DNA of 64,000 nucleotides from Candidatus Omnitrophota bacterium. GTDB taxonomy: Bacteria > Omnitrophota > Gorgyraeia > Duberdicusellales > 4484-171. Positions 46,987-56,996 of the stretch are shown here, piece after piece. Below the pieces are notes generated by a model. It was not told the DNA's origin, searched no databases, and saw nothing but the letters and a program-made list of their open reading frames with translations. A program made the translations under genes and the position numbers. Location: the NCBI GenBank assembly GCA_014729775.1, contig WJJJ01000007.1, positions 30,302-94,301 on the forward strand. The letters run 5' to 3'. Position 1 is the first letter of the stretch, and the number at the start of each line of letters is the position of its first letter.

Positions 46987-47482
46987 TTATTACTACCTGA
47001 CCGCGCAGCTGCCGCTCCTGCAGTTTGCCCAGCAGCGGGAGGTGCCCTCCCGGGAGGAATTTCTTGAGGAGGCGCGGAAATGGCTCACCCCGCGGGATTT
47101 TTCGGTGCTGGAAAAAGTCGCGCCGGAGGAAACGCGTCTTTTTCCCGGGGAGCCCGGCGTGCTTCGGCAATGGAAACGCATGCGTGAACACATGCGGGAT
47201 GAGATCGGACGCTGGCGCCGGAGTAAACGGGAAGGGCGGGCATACAGGGAGGGCTTCCTGCCGCTGGGAAAGATCACGGCGCAGAATCCGCTTGCGCAGG
47301 AACAGGCGCTGCTGAAATTTCAATGGGAATGGATCGATGAGCGGTTAAGCGGGCACGTGTTTGATCTTGGGTTCGTGATCCTGTATTTTTTGCAGCTGCA
47401 GATTTTACTGCGGCTGAAGTCTTTTACACAGGAAGAAGGCATGAAAATCTTTGAAAAAGTCTGCGAGGTAAACCATGAATAA
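46979..47482 (+). CDS. Hypothetical protein conserved in minimal V-ATPase operons (between E and A; DUF2764-like)
   Basis: Its position and size match the uncharacterised ORF found between atpE and atpA in chlamydial and spirochaetal V-ATPase operons. Both ends overlap the neighbouring genes. Confidence 0.5.
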   Translation: MGNYYYLTAQLPLLQFAQQREVPSREEFLEEARKWLTPRDFSVLEKVAPEETRLFPGEPGVLRQWKRMREHMRDEIGRWRRSKREGRAYREGFLPLGKITAQNPLAQEQALLKFQWEWIDERLSGHVFDLGFVILYFLQLQILLRLKSFTQEEGMKIFEKVCEVNHE

Positions 47483-49220
47483 TCCACAGGGAAGCGTACG
47501 GTCGATCAACGGGAATTTGCTGGCGGTAGAGTTTGAAGAGAACATTCTACAGAACGAAGTCGGGTATGTGGTCTGCGGAGAGGAACGGCTGAAGTCGGAA
47601 GTGATCCGCATTCAGGACACTACCGCGTTTATGCAGGTATTCGAAAGCACCAAGGGACTGAAAGTCGGGGATCCTGTGGCGTTTTCCCGGGAGATGCTTT
47701 CGGTTCAGCTGGGGCCGGGTCTGCTGGGACAGATTTACGACGGCCTGCAGAATCCTCTCCCGGAGCTCGCCTCCCGGCACGGGCATTTCCTTCCCCGGGG
47801 CGTGACGCTGGATGCGCTGGACGCGGAATCAAAATGGGAATTCACGCCGCTGGTGGAACCGGGCGCGACCGTGCGGGCCGGTATTCCGCTCGGCCGGGTT
47901 CCCGAAGGGATTTTTACTCATTATATCATGGTTCCTTTTTCGCTGGCGGGGGAGTACCGGGTTGAAGAGATTGTTCCCGCGGGAGAGCGCCGGCTGACTG
48001 ATACAATCGCGAAGCTGAAAGATGCGCGGGGCAATATCCATGAGATTTCCATGGTGTTTGAATGGCCGGTGAAGGTGCCGATTCAGACGTACCGCCAGCG
48101 CTACGCGCCGGTGGAGCCGCTTACGACCAAGGTGCGGATTATTGATACTTTTTTCCCGGTTGCCAAAGGAGGTACTTACTGTATCCCTGGCCCGTTCGGC
48201 GCGGGGAAAACGGTACTCCAGCAAATTACCAGCCGCTACGCCGAAGTGGATATCGTGATTATTGCGGCCTGCGGCGAGCGCGCCGGGGAAGTAGTGGAAA
48301 CGCTGCGGGAGTTTCCGGAAATTACCGATCCCCGGACCGGGAAATCTTTGATGGAACGGACGATCATTATCTGTAATACCAGTTCCATGCCGGTGGCCGC
48401 CCGGGAGGCCTCAGTGTATACCGCGGCAACGTTAGGCGAATATTACCGGCAGATGGGGTTGCATGTGCTGTTGCTGGCCGATTCTACTTCCCGCTGGGCG
48501 CAGGCGATGCGGGAGGTTTCAGGGCGGCTGGAGGAAATCCCGGGAGAAGAAGCGTTTCCCGCCTATCTTGAATCGCGCATTGCCGAATTCTATGAACGCG
48601 CCGGATTGGTTGAACTGCCGTTCGGCGAAAAGGGAAGTCTGACCATCGGCGGGACCGTGTCCCCCGCCGGAGGAAATTTTGAAGAGCCGGTGACGCAGTC
48701 AACGCTCAAAGTGGTCGGCGCGTTTCTCGGATTGTCCCGCGACCGGGCCAACGCGCGGAAATTCCCCTCGATCCATCCGCTGGAGAGCTGGTCAAAGTAT
48801 CCCACGCTGGTGGAGTCAGCGCAGGTAAGCCGGGCCAAAAATATTCTTTTCCAGGGAAACGAAGTGGATCAGATGATGAAAGTAGTGGGGGAGGAAGGCA
48901 CTTCGCTTGACGACTTCACGGTATATTTGAAAGCGGAGTTCCTCGACGGAGTATACCTGCAGCAGAATGGGTTCGATGAGGTGGATGCGGTGACCTCCCC
49001 CCAGCGGCAGCAGTATGTGTTCGGCAAGGTGTTCGAAGTGCTCACCGCTGCGTTCCGGTTTGACGGCAAAGAAGACGCGCGGAAGTTTTTTTACGAACTC
49101 AGACAGCGGTTTATTGACTGGAACTACGCTCCCTGGGAGTCGGACGAATTCCGGGCTCAGGAGCAAAAGATTGAAGAGTTCTTGAGAGAAAGGATTGTCC
49201 ATGAAGAAAGTGTACAATAA
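47475..49220 (+). CDS. atpA: V/A-type ATP synthase catalytic subunit A
   Basis: Walker [10 protein letters not shown] and the non-homologous insert region typical of V/A-type A subunits. Confidence 0.95.
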   Translation: MNNPQGSVRSINGNLLAVEFEENILQNEVGYVVCGEERLKSEVIRIQDTTAFMQVFESTKGLKVGDPVAFSREMLSVQLGPGLLGQIYDGLQNPLPELASRHGHFLPRGVTLDALDAESKWEFTPLVEPGATVRAGIPLGRVPEGIFTHYIMVPFSLAGEYRVEEIVPAGERRLTDTIAKLKDARGNIHEISMVFEWPVKVPIQTYRQRYAPVEPLTTKVRIIDTFFPVAKGGTYCIPGPFGAGKTVLQQITSRYAEVDIVIIAACGERAGEVVETLREFPEITDPRTGKSLMERTIIICNTSSMPVAAREASVYTAATLGEYYRQMGLHVLLLADSTSRWAQAMREVSGRLEEIPGEEAFPAYLESRIAEFYERAGLVELPFGEKGSLTIGGTVSPAGGNFEEPVTQSTLKVVGAFLGLSRDRANARKFPSIHPLESWSKYPTLVESAQVSRAKNILFQGNEVDQMMKVVGEEGTSLDDFTVYLKAEFLDGVYLQQNGFDEVDAVTSPQRQQYVFGKVFEVLTAAFRFDGKEDARKFFYELRQRFIDWNYAPWESDEFRAQEQKIEEFLRERIVHEESVQ

Positions 49221-50511
49221 AATTAAAAGTATCGCCGGGAACGTGATCACCGTCCAGGCTGAAGGGGTCAGTTACGAGGAGCTGGCGGAAATTTCTTCCC
49301 GGCGGGGGAAATCCCTGGCGCAGGTGATCAAGATCGAGAACGACCTGGTCTCTCTGCAGGTCTTCGCCGGCAGCCGCGGGATTTCGACCAATGACGAGGT
49401 GCGGTTTTTAGGCCGTCCGATGCAGGTGGCCTTTTCGGAAAAAATGGTCGGCCGGATCTTTGACGGTAGCGGCGCGCCGCGGGATAACGGCCCGGACCTG
49501 ACAGAGAATCTGGTGCCGATTGCCGGACCGTCGGTGAATCCGACCAAACGGATTATTCCCCGGAAGATGATCCGCACCAATATCCCGATGATCGACGTGT
49601 TTAATTCGCTGGTCGTCTCCCAGAAGCTTCCGATCTTTTCGGTATCGGGCGAACCGTATAATGAGCTCCTGGCGCGTATCGCACTGCAGGCCGAAGTGGA
49701 CATGATCGTGCTGGGAGGAATCGGGCTGAAACACGACGAGTATCTCTTCTTCCGGGACACGCTGGAGAAAGGCGGAGCGCTGCAGCGCAGTATCTTTTTC
49801 ATTCATACCGCGTCCGATCCGGTAGTGGAAGGACTGATGGTTCCGGATCTTTCGCTGGCGGTGGCGGAGAAATTCGCCCTGCAGGGGAAGAGTGTGCTGG
49901 TGCTGCTCACTGACATGACCAATTTTGCCGACGCGTTGAAGGAAATTTCCATTACCATGGAACAGGTTCCTTCCAACCGCGGGTATCCGGGCGATCTGTA
50001 CAGTCAGCTTGCCGCGCGGTACGAGAAAGCGGTGGATTTTGATGATGCCGGTTCGATCACGGTGCTGGCGGTAACGAGTATGCCCGGTGACGACGTGACG
50101 CATCCCGTGCCGGATAATACCGGATACATCACGGAAGGGCAGTTTTATCTGCGCAACGGCCGGATTGAACCGTTTGGTTCGCTCAGCCGTCTCAAGCAGC
50201 TGGTGAACAAAAAAACGCGTAAAGATCACCGGGCGATTATGGACGGGATGATCCAGCTCTACGCGGAGTACAAGGAAACCGAAGAAAAAAGGGCTATGGG
50301 ATTCCGGATGAATCCCTGGGATCAGAAGCTGTTACGCTACGGGGAACTGTTTGAACGCAATATGATGGATTTGTCGGTGAATATCCCGCTGGAGGCCGCG
50401 CTGGACAAGGGCTGGGAGATTCTTGCCGAGTGTTTTGAGCCCCAGGAGACCAGTTTCCGTTCGGATCTCACCGAGGAGTTCTGGCCGAAGACGGAGGCGG
50501 CATCGGAATAA
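49195..50511 (+). CDS. atpB: V/A-type ATP synthase subunit B
   Basis: High similarity to the regulatory B subunit ([19 protein letters not shown]...[22 protein letters not shown]). Confidence 0.95.
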   Translation: MSMKKVYNKIKSIAGNVITVQAEGVSYEELAEISSRRGKSLAQVIKIENDLVSLQVFAGSRGISTNDEVRFLGRPMQVAFSEKMVGRIFDGSGAPRDNGPDLTENLVPIAGPSVNPTKRIIPRKMIRTNIPMIDVFNSLVVSQKLPIFSVSGEPYNELLARIALQAEVDMIVLGGIGLKHDEYLFFRDTLEKGGALQRSIFFIHTASDPVVEGLMVPDLSLAVAEKFALQGKSVLVLLTDMTNFADALKEISITMEQVPSNRGYPGDLYSQLAARYEKAVDFDDAGSITVLAVTSMPGDDVTHPVPDNTGYITEGQFYLRNGRIEPFGSLSRLKQLVNKKTRKDHRAIMDGMIQLYAEYKETEEKRAMGFRMNPWDQKLLRYGELFERNMMDLSVNIPLEAALDKGWEILAECFEPQETSFRSDLTEEFWPKTEAASE

Positions 50512-50521
50512 AGAGACCGCG

Positions 50522-51136
50522 ATGGCGAAGGTACGGTTTACCAAAAACGAACTGAAACGGCAGAAAGACGGGCTGAAACGGTTCAGCCGTTACCTGCCGA
50601 CGCTGAAGCTCAAAAAACAGCAGCTCCAGTCGGAAATAATGAAGATCCGCCGTCAGGAAGAAGAGCAGCGGTCGGCGATCCGTGCGTTTGGGGAACGCGT
50701 CCGGGCATGGGCGGGGATCTATGCCGATACGCGGGTGCGGATCGCCGAGCAGGTCAAGGTGGAGCAGGTGTCCGTCGGCCGCGGCAACATCGCCGGGATC
50801 GATATCCCGGTGTTTGAGCGGATACGGTTCGGCCCGGCCGAATACGACGAGCGGACGACACCGCTTTGGGTGGATGCCGGCCGGGAGGCCTGCGAGGAGA
50901 TGATCACCTTGAGGGCCAAGGCGGAGGTGCTGCGCCGCCAGCGGGAAAAACTCCAGGAAGAACTGAGGGTTACCGTCCAGCGGGTGAATTTGTTCGAAAA
51001 GGTGAAAATACCCGAAACCAGGGAAAACATCCGCAAGATCAACATATATCTCGGCGATTTACAGACCGCGGCAGTTGTCCGCGGGAAAATCGCCAAGGCC
51101 AAGATCGAAAAAAAGAAAGCAGGCGCGCCGCGATGA
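50522..51136 (+). CDS. atpD: V/A-type ATP synthase subunit D
   Basis: MAKVRFTKNELKRQKDGLKRFSRYLPTLKLKKQQLQ is the canonical subunit D N-terminus. Internal ATG at 50522. Confidence 0.85.
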   Translation: MAKVRFTKNELKRQKDGLKRFSRYLPTLKLKKQQLQSEIMKIRRQEEEQRSAIRAFGERVRAWAGIYADTRVRIAEQVKVEQVSVGRGNIAGIDIPVFERIRFGPAEYDERTTPLWVDAGREACEEMITLRAKAEVLRRQREKLQEELRVTVQRVNLFEKVKIPETRENIRKINIYLGDLQTAAVVRGKIAKAKIEKKKAGAPR

Positions 51137-52929
51137 TTGTGCCGATGGAACAGGTCTATTTGATCGTGACCGAACGAGCCAAAGATGACGCTCTGCGGAA
51201 ACTGCGGTCTTTGGGCGTGGTCCACGTGTCTTCTCTGGCCGAGACGTCTTCGGCGCCGCTTGCCGAATACCGGCAGCGCAGGGAGCGGGTGAAGGAAGCG
51301 CTGCGTCTCCTTCCTCCGGAGTCTTCTCACCCGGAGAAAAAAACTTCCGTTGCCGACGGTGATACCGCGGCGGCAAAAGTCCTCGATGTTGAAAATGCCC
51401 TGCGGCAGGCGCAGAAGAGTCTCAGTGATTTGGTGCGGCAGAGTCAATGGTACCGGGAGTGGGGACGGGTTTCCCTTGAGTCTCTGCGGCGGCTGGCGGA
51501 CCGGAGCATTTTCGTGAAATTTTACCGGATCCCGGTGAAGAAATTCCCGGCACTTTCCGGAGCCGTGCCGGTATATAGAGCAAAAGAGGAAAGAGGGACC
51601 GTGTATGCGGTATTGATCACCCGGGATTCCGACCATGTCCTGGAGTTCCCCGAAGATCCTCCGCCGGGGGAAACCGCGCAGGAGCTTAGCCGCCGCAGCG
51701 ATCGGCTCCGTCAGCGGATCGCACAGCTTCAAAAAGAGAAACAGGCCTGCGCCTCGTGGCGGGACATTTTGACGGAGGCCGACCGTGCGATGGAGAAACA
51801 GATTGAATTTGCCCGGGTGCGCCAGGGGATGATGCAGGCAGCGGCAGTAGCCTATCTGACCGGGTATTGCCCAAAAGAGGCGGTCGCCCGTTTGCAGGAA
51901 GCCGCGGAGAAAGAACGGTGGGGATACGCCGGCAGTGAGCCGGCGAATCCCCAGGAGGTCCCGACGTTGCTGCGCAATCCCCGATGGCTTCGGATCGTCA
52001 ATCCGGTGTTTCACTTCATGGGGACCCTGCCCGGGTACCGGGAATTTGACGTGAGTCTGTGGTTTCTGGTATTTTTCAGCCTGTTTTTCGCCATGCTCAT
52101 CGGCGATGCCGGATACGGAGTGCTGTTTTTGGCCGCGGGGATCTGGGCGCGGCATAAATTCCGTTCCGCGCCAAAAGAGCCGTTCCAACTGCTCTACGTC
52201 CTCGCCGGCAGTACTATTTTCTGGGGCGCGATCAGCGGGACCTGGTTCGGGTACGAGGGGTTCGCCCGCCTGCCGTTGCTGGAGGCGGTGGTGATCGAAC
52301 GGATTGACAGTTTTGTGAGCGGGAATGAAGAGTTCCTGATGTATTTTTGTTTTGTGATCGGCGCGGTCCATTTGTCTATCGCCCATGCGCTGCGGGCGGC
52401 CGCCATGCTCAATTCTTTGCGGGCAGTGGCGCAGTTGGGGTGGATATTCATTGTCTGGGGGGTCTTTTTTGCGGCCAATGCGTTGGTGTTGGCGCAGCCG
52501 TTTCCCCGGGCCGGAGGATTTTTGCTGGCCGCGGGGGCGGGGCTGGCCGTGCTTTGTTCCTCGCCGCAGAAGAATATGCTCAAAGGCGTCGGTCTCGCGC
52601 TGGCCGATCTGCCGCTGAAGGTGATCAACGCTTTTGCCGATGTAGTGTCCTATTTGCGGCTGTTCGCGGTGGGATACGCCTCGGTGATCGTGGCCTCCAG
52701 CTTTAATCAGATGGCGCTGGGAACCGGGATGCATCCGGTTGCGGCCGGGTTCATTGCGCCGCTCATTTTGTTCCTGGGGCATTCGCTCAATATTATCCTG
52801 GGACTGATGGCGGTGATCGTGCACGGAGTGCGGCTGAATATGCTCGAGTTTTCCAGCCATCTGGACATGCAGTGGTCGGGCAAGCCCTACCGGCCGTTCG
52901 CTGAAGAGCAAGGCGCGAAAATAAAATAA
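51133..52929 (+). CDS. atpI: V/A-type ATP synthase subunit I (a-subunit, proton channel)
   Basis: ATGA overlap with atpD. A soluble N-terminal half and a 7-8-TM C-terminal half containing the conserved Arg region (VSYLRLFAVGYA). Confidence 0.85.
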   Translation: MIVPMEQVYLIVTERAKDDALRKLRSLGVVHVSSLAETSSAPLAEYRQRRERVKEALRLLPPESSHPEKKTSVADGDTAAAKVLDVENALRQAQKSLSDLVRQSQWYREWGRVSLESLRRLADRSIFVKFYRIPVKKFPALSGAVPVYRAKEERGTVYAVLITRDSDHVLEFPEDPPPGETAQELSRRSDRLRQRIAQLQKEKQACASWRDILTEADRAMEKQIEFARVRQGMMQAAAVAYLTGYCPKEAVARLQEAAEKERWGYAGSEPANPQEVPTLLRNPRWLRIVNPVFHFMGTLPGYREFDVSLWFLVFFSLFFAMLIGDAGYGVLFLAAGIWARHKFRSAPKEPFQLLYVLAGSTIFWGAISGTWFGYEGFARLPLLEAVVIERIDSFVSGNEEFLMYFCFVIGAVHLSIAHALRAAAMLNSLRAVAQLGWIFIVWGVFFAANALVLAQPFPRAGGFLLAAGAGLAVLCSSPQKNMLKGVGLALADLPLKVINAFADVVSYLRLFAVGYASVIVASSFNQMALGTGMHPVAAGFIAPLILFLGHSLNIILGLMAVIVHGVRLNMLEFSSHLDMQWSGKPYRPFAEEQGAKIK

Positions 52930-52958
52930 GTGAACTTTTACAACGAAAAGGAGGGAAT

Positions 52959-53411
52959 ATGTTTGAAGGGATGATTGCAGGGTTCGGCGACATGAAAGCG
53001 TCGCTGGTATTGGCGGCGATCGGCTCGGCATTCGGCACCGGGATCGCGGGCATGGCGGCGATCGGGGCCTGGAAAAAAGCGTTCGCCCAGAACAAGGACG
53101 CGCCGTTTATTCTGATCGCGTTTGTGGGCGCGCCGTTGTCCCAGACCATCTATGGAATGATTTTGATGAACGCGATCCGCAATGCGAATTTACCGCCATC
53201 GACGTATCTCTTGCAGCTGCTGGTGGGCGTTTTCGCGGGAGCGGCCATGGGGTTTTCGGCCTATTTTCAGGGCAAGGCCGGCGCCCGGGCGGCCGACGCG
53301 CTGGCGGAGACCGGCAAGGGGTTTGGAAATTACATTATGGTCGTCGGCGTTATCGAAACCGTGGCCCTGTTTGTGATGGTCTTCAGCATGACCACCCTGC
53401 CGCAGGGATAA
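52959..53411 (+). CDS. atpK: V/A-type ATP synthase proteolipid subunit K (c-ring)
   Basis: RBS aaaggaggg. A 150-aa four-helix proteolipid with Gly-rich helices (AAIGSAFGTGIAGMAAIGA) and the conserved acidic residue in the final helix. Confidence 0.85.
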   Translation: MFEGMIAGFGDMKASLVLAAIGSAFGTGIAGMAAIGAWKKAFAQNKDAPFILIAFVGAPLSQTIYGMILMNAIRNANLPPSTYLLQLLVGVFAGAAMGFSAYFQGKAGARAADALAETGKGFGNYIMVVGVIETVALFVMVFSMTTLPQG

Positions 53412-53572
53412 TTCTTTCGTGTATCCGCGCGTGCTTTTTTGAAAAAGGGTGGAGGGCTTGATTTTTTTTCAATATTTAGTAAGATAAGGTCTTTTCCCGT
53501 CCGGGAAGGCGTGTCAAGAAAGAATTTGAAAACACTGGTCATTCTTGATAGACTAATGTACGTTTATCCGGT

Positions 53573-53644
53573 GGGCGGTTGGCGCAGCGGAAGCGCATCT
53601 CGCTTACAACGAGAGGGTCAGAGGTTCGAATCCTCTACCGCCCA
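53573..53644 (+). tRNA. tRNA-Val (anticodon UAC)
   Basis: Manual fold: acceptor GGGCGGT/ACCGCCC, D-arm GCGC-AGCGGAA-GCGC, anticodon arm TCTCG-CT[TAC]AA-CGAGA, variable loop GGGTC, T-arm AGAGG-TTCGAAT-CCTCT, discriminator A. CCA is not encoded. Confidence 0.85.
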
Positions 53645-53685
53645 TTTTATTCCATTTCGAAGGAGGGTGATCCTGTGCGAGGGGA

Positions 53686-55473
53686 ATGGTGCGCGCGGGA
53701 GGGAAAACGGAGAAAAACGAGAACGGTATGGAAACATCGCAGGAAAAATTGCACTCATTGCGTCATTCGTGTGCGCATTTGCTGGCGTCATCGGTGAAAA
53801 AACTGTATCCGCAGGCAAAACTGGGAATCGGGCCGGCGATTGAAGACGGGTTTTATTATGATTTTGACGTGCCGGAACCGTTTACCGACGAGGATTTGGC
53901 CCGGATCGAGGAAAAGATGCACGAAGAGAGCCGGGAAAACCTGCCGTTTGAGCGGAAGGAAATGGACGCCGCAGACGCGGTGTCTTTTTTCCGTGAACGG
54001 AATGAGCCTTATAAAGTAGAACTTATCCAGGACTTGGGCCAAGAGCGGGTGTCGCTCTACCGGCATAACGGATTTATCGATCTATGTAAGGGCCCGCACG
54101 TGGCCCGGTCCGGAGAAATAGCCCATTTCAAACTGTTATCGACCTCCGGCGCGTATTGGCGTGGCGATGAGCGGAATCCCCAGCTGTTCCGCATTTACGG
54201 GACGGTGTTCCCCGGCAAAGACGAGCTGGATGCGTATCTCAACAAGCTTGAGGAAATCAAAAAACGGGATCACCGGGTGCTGGGCCGGACACTAGGGCTG
54301 TTCGAAATGTACCCGGAGCAAGCCGGCGCGGGACTGGTGTTTTATCTGCCCCGCGGCGCGCAGCTGCGGCGGACGATCGAAGAATGGGAACGCGCCGAAC
54401 ATCGGCGCCGCGGATATCAGGAAGTCATGACTCCGCATATTATGGATCAAAAGCTCTGGGAGAAAAGCGGGCATTTGGAGTTTTACCGGGAGTACATGTA
54501 TCCGATTGAGAAGGAGCATCAGGGATTCGTGCTGAAACCGATGAATTGTCCCGGGCATATTCTCCTGTATAAATCACAGCTTCGCAGCTGGCGAGATTTG
54601 CCGCTGCGTTTGTTCGAGCTGGGAACGGTATACCGGTATGAAAAAAGCGGGGTGCTCCATGGATTGCTGCGTGTGCGGGGGTTTACCCAGGATGACGCGC
54701 ATATTTTCTGCCGCAAGGAAGATTTGGAAGCGGAAATCGACGGGGTCCTGCAGTTCGTGCAGGACACCATGCAGAAATTCGGGTTTTGTGATTTCGACGC
54801 CGAAATCAGCACCCGGCCCGGGGAGTATATCGGTGAAGCGCAAGATTGGGATCTGGCGGAGAAGGTTTTGGAGGAAGTGCTCAAACGAAAGAGAATCTCC
54901 TACCGCGTCAATCCCGGAGACGGGGCTTTTTACGGGCCCAAGATCGACATAAAACTGAACGACGCGCTTGGCCGGCAATGGCAGTGCGCGACGGTCCAGC
55001 TGGACTATAATATCCCGAAGCGGTTTGATCTCACCTACCGATCGTCCTCCGGGGAAGACCTGCGGGTAGTGATGATTCACCGGGTACTGCTGGGGAGCGT
55101 GGAGCGGTTCATCGCCACGCTTATCGAACATTACGGAGGCCGTTTCCCGTTCTGGCTGGCGCCTGTGCAGGCAGTAGTGTTAAGCGTGAGCGAGGATACC
55201 CGGGAGTATGCCGGCCGCGTGAGGGCGGCGTTGACTGCGCAGGGCATCCGTGCCGAAGCCGACGTGCGGGACGAAACGCTCCAGAAAAAAATACGGGAGA
55301 ATGAACTGCAGAAAATTCCGTATTTATTAATCGTGGGCCGCCGCGAACAGGACGCGGAAAAAGTGTCGGTGCGGCGGCGGGGAGGGAAAAATATTGGGAC
55401 GATGACCCCAGAAGAATTTGTGCAACGGATAAACAAGGAGGAAAACGCGAGTGAAGTATGTGAGAGTCAATGA
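53686..55473 (+). CDS. thrS: Threonine--tRNA ligase lacking the N-terminal TGS domain
   Basis: It starts at the second N-terminal domain (LRHSCAHLLASSVKKLYP). Class II motifs and the anticodon-binding domain are present (FELGTVYRYEKSGVLHGLLRVRGFTQDDAHIF...). An alternative start lies at ATG 53728. Confidence 0.9.
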   Translation: MVRAGGKTEKNENGMETSQEKLHSLRHSCAHLLASSVKKLYPQAKLGIGPAIEDGFYYDFDVPEPFTDEDLARIEEKMHEESRENLPFERKEMDAADAVSFFRERNEPYKVELIQDLGQERVSLYRHNGFIDLCKGPHVARSGEIAHFKLLSTSGAYWRGDERNPQLFRIYGTVFPGKDELDAYLNKLEEIKKRDHRVLGRTLGLFEMYPEQAGAGLVFYLPRGAQLRRTIEEWERAEHRRRGYQEVMTPHIMDQKLWEKSGHLEFYREYMYPIEKEHQGFVLKPMNCPGHILLYKSQLRSWRDLPLRLFELGTVYRYEKSGVLHGLLRVRGFTQDDAHIFCRKEDLEAEIDGVLQFVQDTMQKFGFCDFDAEISTRPGEYIGEAQDWDLAEKVLEEVLKRKRISYRVNPGDGAFYGPKIDIKLNDALGRQWQCATVQLDYNIPKRFDLTYRSSSGEDLRVVMIHRVLLGSVERFIATLIEHYGGRFPFWLAPVQAVVLSVSEDTREYAGRVRAALTAQGIRAEADVRDETLQKKIRENELQKIPYLLIVGRREQDAEKVSVRRRGGKNIGTMTPEEFVQRINKEENASEVCESQ

Positions 55474-55954
55474 ACGGATTCTTGCCCCTACCGTGAGATT
55501 GATCGGTCCTGACGGGAGCCAGATGGGGATTTTCCCTCAGAAGAAGGCCCTGCAGAAAGCGGAAGAGGCTGATCTCGATCTGGTGGAGGTGGCCCCTCAA
55601 GCCAAACCTCCGGTCTGCCGGATTATGGATTTCGCTAAGTACCGGTATGAACAGGAGAAACGTGAGCGGGAATTGAAACGCCACAAGCGTCATTCGCAAT
55701 TGAAAGAAATCCGTATGCGTCCCAATATCGAAAGTCATGATTATGAGGTGAAGCTGAAGCATATCAAGGAATTCCTGTCAAAGGGACACAAGGTCCGCAT
55801 CCGTATGTTTTTCCGCGGACGGGAAATTACCCATAAAGAGATCGGGAAGCGGGTGCTGGAAAAAATCGTGCAGGATACCGAGAAAATAGGAAAAGTCGAC
55901 CGAGATTCTCAGATGATGGGAAAAGCGATGATCATGACGCTCGGGCCCAAGTAG
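55451..55954 (+). CDS. infC: Translation initiation factor IF-3
   Basis: GTG start 8 nt after the RBS aaggagg. VRLIGPDGSQMGI...DLVEVAPQAKPPVCRIMDF is the IF3 signature. It overlaps the thrS 3' end. Confidence 0.9.
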   Translation: MKYVRVNERILAPTVRLIGPDGSQMGIFPQKKALQKAEEADLDLVEVAPQAKPPVCRIMDFAKYRYEQEKRERELKRHKRHSQLKEIRMRPNIESHDYEVKLKHIKEFLSKGHKVRIRMFFRGREITHKEIGKRVLEKIVQDTEKIGKVDRDSQMMGKAMIMTLGPK

Positions 55955-55992
55955 GTGCCGGGCGATCTTTTGAGTAAAGGAGGGCGGACAAA

Positions 55993-56190
55993 ATGCCGAA
56001 AGTAAAAACAAGAAAAGCTTTAGCAAAGCGGGTACGGATCACGAAAAACGGGAAGGTGGTCCGGAAGAAAGCGGGTACCCGCCATTTGTTGAGCGGAAAG
56101 AACCGGAAACGAAAACGGAGACTGAAACAGCGGGATGTCGTTGCCCCGCAGGACGCAAAGATGATCAAAAGAGCGATGCCCTATGATTGA
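55993..56190 (+). CDS. rpmI: 50S ribosomal protein L35
   Basis: MPKVKTRKALAKRVRITKNGKVVRKKAGTRHLL is the L35 signature; RBS aggagg. Confidence 0.9.
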   Translation: MPKVKTRKALAKRVRITKNGKVVRKKAGTRHLLSGKNRKRKRRLKQRDVVAPQDAKMIKRAMPYD

Positions 56191-56230
56191 GGCGCGGCGT
56201 CGTATCAGGAAGAAAACGAAAGGAGAATAA

Positions 56231-56575
56231 ATGAAAACGTCGCATTCGCCGGCACGGCGGCGCAAGAAAAAGAAGGTGTTGCATTCAGCGAAAGGATACT
56301 GGGGCGACAGGTCGAAACAGTACCGCCGGGCAGTCGAAACCGTGCGCAGGGCGCTGGCCTATGCCTATCGCGACCGCCGGGTCAAAAAAAGAGAATTCCG
56401 GTCATTATGGATCACCCGGATCAATGCCGCGGCGCGGGCCGAAGGGCTCAGTTATCGGGAATTGATGCACGTGCTGAAGAAAAAAAATGTGCTGCTGTCC
56501 AGAGATATGCTGGCGAAGATCGCCGCGGAACAGCCGGACGCTTTCCAGCAGCTCGTACAGCAGGTCACCCAGTAA
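56231..56575 (+). CDS. rplT: 50S ribosomal protein L20
   Basis: RRRKKKKVLHSAKGYWGDRSKQYRRAVETVRRALAYAYRDRRVKKREFRSLWITRINAAAR is the L20 signature. Confidence 0.9.
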   Translation: MKTSHSPARRRKKKKVLHSAKGYWGDRSKQYRRAVETVRRALAYAYRDRRVKKREFRSLWITRINAAARAEGLSYRELMHVLKKKNVLLSRDMLAKIAAEQPDAFQQLVQQVTQ

Positions 56576-56590
56576 TACTATTCACACACG

Positions 56591-56986
56591 ATGAAGTACA
56601 TTGTAATCGTCGGCTGCGGGAGAACGGGGGCGGAACTTGCCCGCGATCTTTCTCCTTCCGCGAATGTGGTGATTATCGACAAGAACCTCAAAGCGCTTGA
56701 TAGTCTCGGGGAGGATTTTAACGGGAAAAAAGTGTGGGGCGATGGTCTTGATCTGCACACATTGGAAGAGGCCGAAATTAAACAGGCTCACGCATTATTC
56801 CTTTTGACCGGCAATGATAATCTGAATCTGGTAGTCGGGAAAGTGGTAAAACGCAGGTACCAGGTGCCGAGGGTGATCTTGCAGGTGAATGACGTGGTAA
56901 AGGAGAAGATTTTCCGGGAAGCAGGATTGACGATTGTCAACCGCACTTCGCTGTTAATTGATGTGCTGAAAAAGTACATTACGTAA
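56591..56986 (+). CDS. TrkA-N (NAD-binding) domain protein, K+ transport regulatory subunit
   Basis: MKYIVIVGCGRTGAELARDL is a Rossmann GxGxxG. It is a short (131 aa) TrkA-N-only protein. Confidence 0.8.
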   Translation: MKYIVIVGCGRTGAELARDLSPSANVVIIDKNLKALDSLGEDFNGKKVWGDGLDLHTLEEAEIKQAHALFLLTGNDNLNLVVGKVVKRRYQVPRVILQVNDVVKEKIFREAGLTIVNRTSLLIDVLKKYIT

Positions 56987-56996
56987 GGACATCGAT

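Noticed and set aside
50719-53031. A 770-aa minus-strand ORF antisense to atpD, atpI and atpK, and similar long antisense ORFs elsewhere (38791-39759, 18902-19582, 3209-3964, 12425-13144, 15901-16458, 49408-50229)
   Set aside because: All lie opposite + strand genes with unambiguous family signatures. They are Arg/Pro/Gly-rich low-complexity translations typical of GC-rich antisense frames, and they have no RBS or domain signal.
53411-53572. An intrinsic terminator after atpK (GCGCGTGCTTTTTT) and a TTGAAA-17-TAGACT promoter for the tRNA
   Set aside because: The stem is only ~3-4 bp and the -10 is weak. Both are plausible but too uncertain to list as features.
53439-53843. A 134-aa + ORF running through the tRNA-Val gene and into thrS
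   Set aside because: It spans a well-formed tRNA and the thrS start region, so it is spurious.
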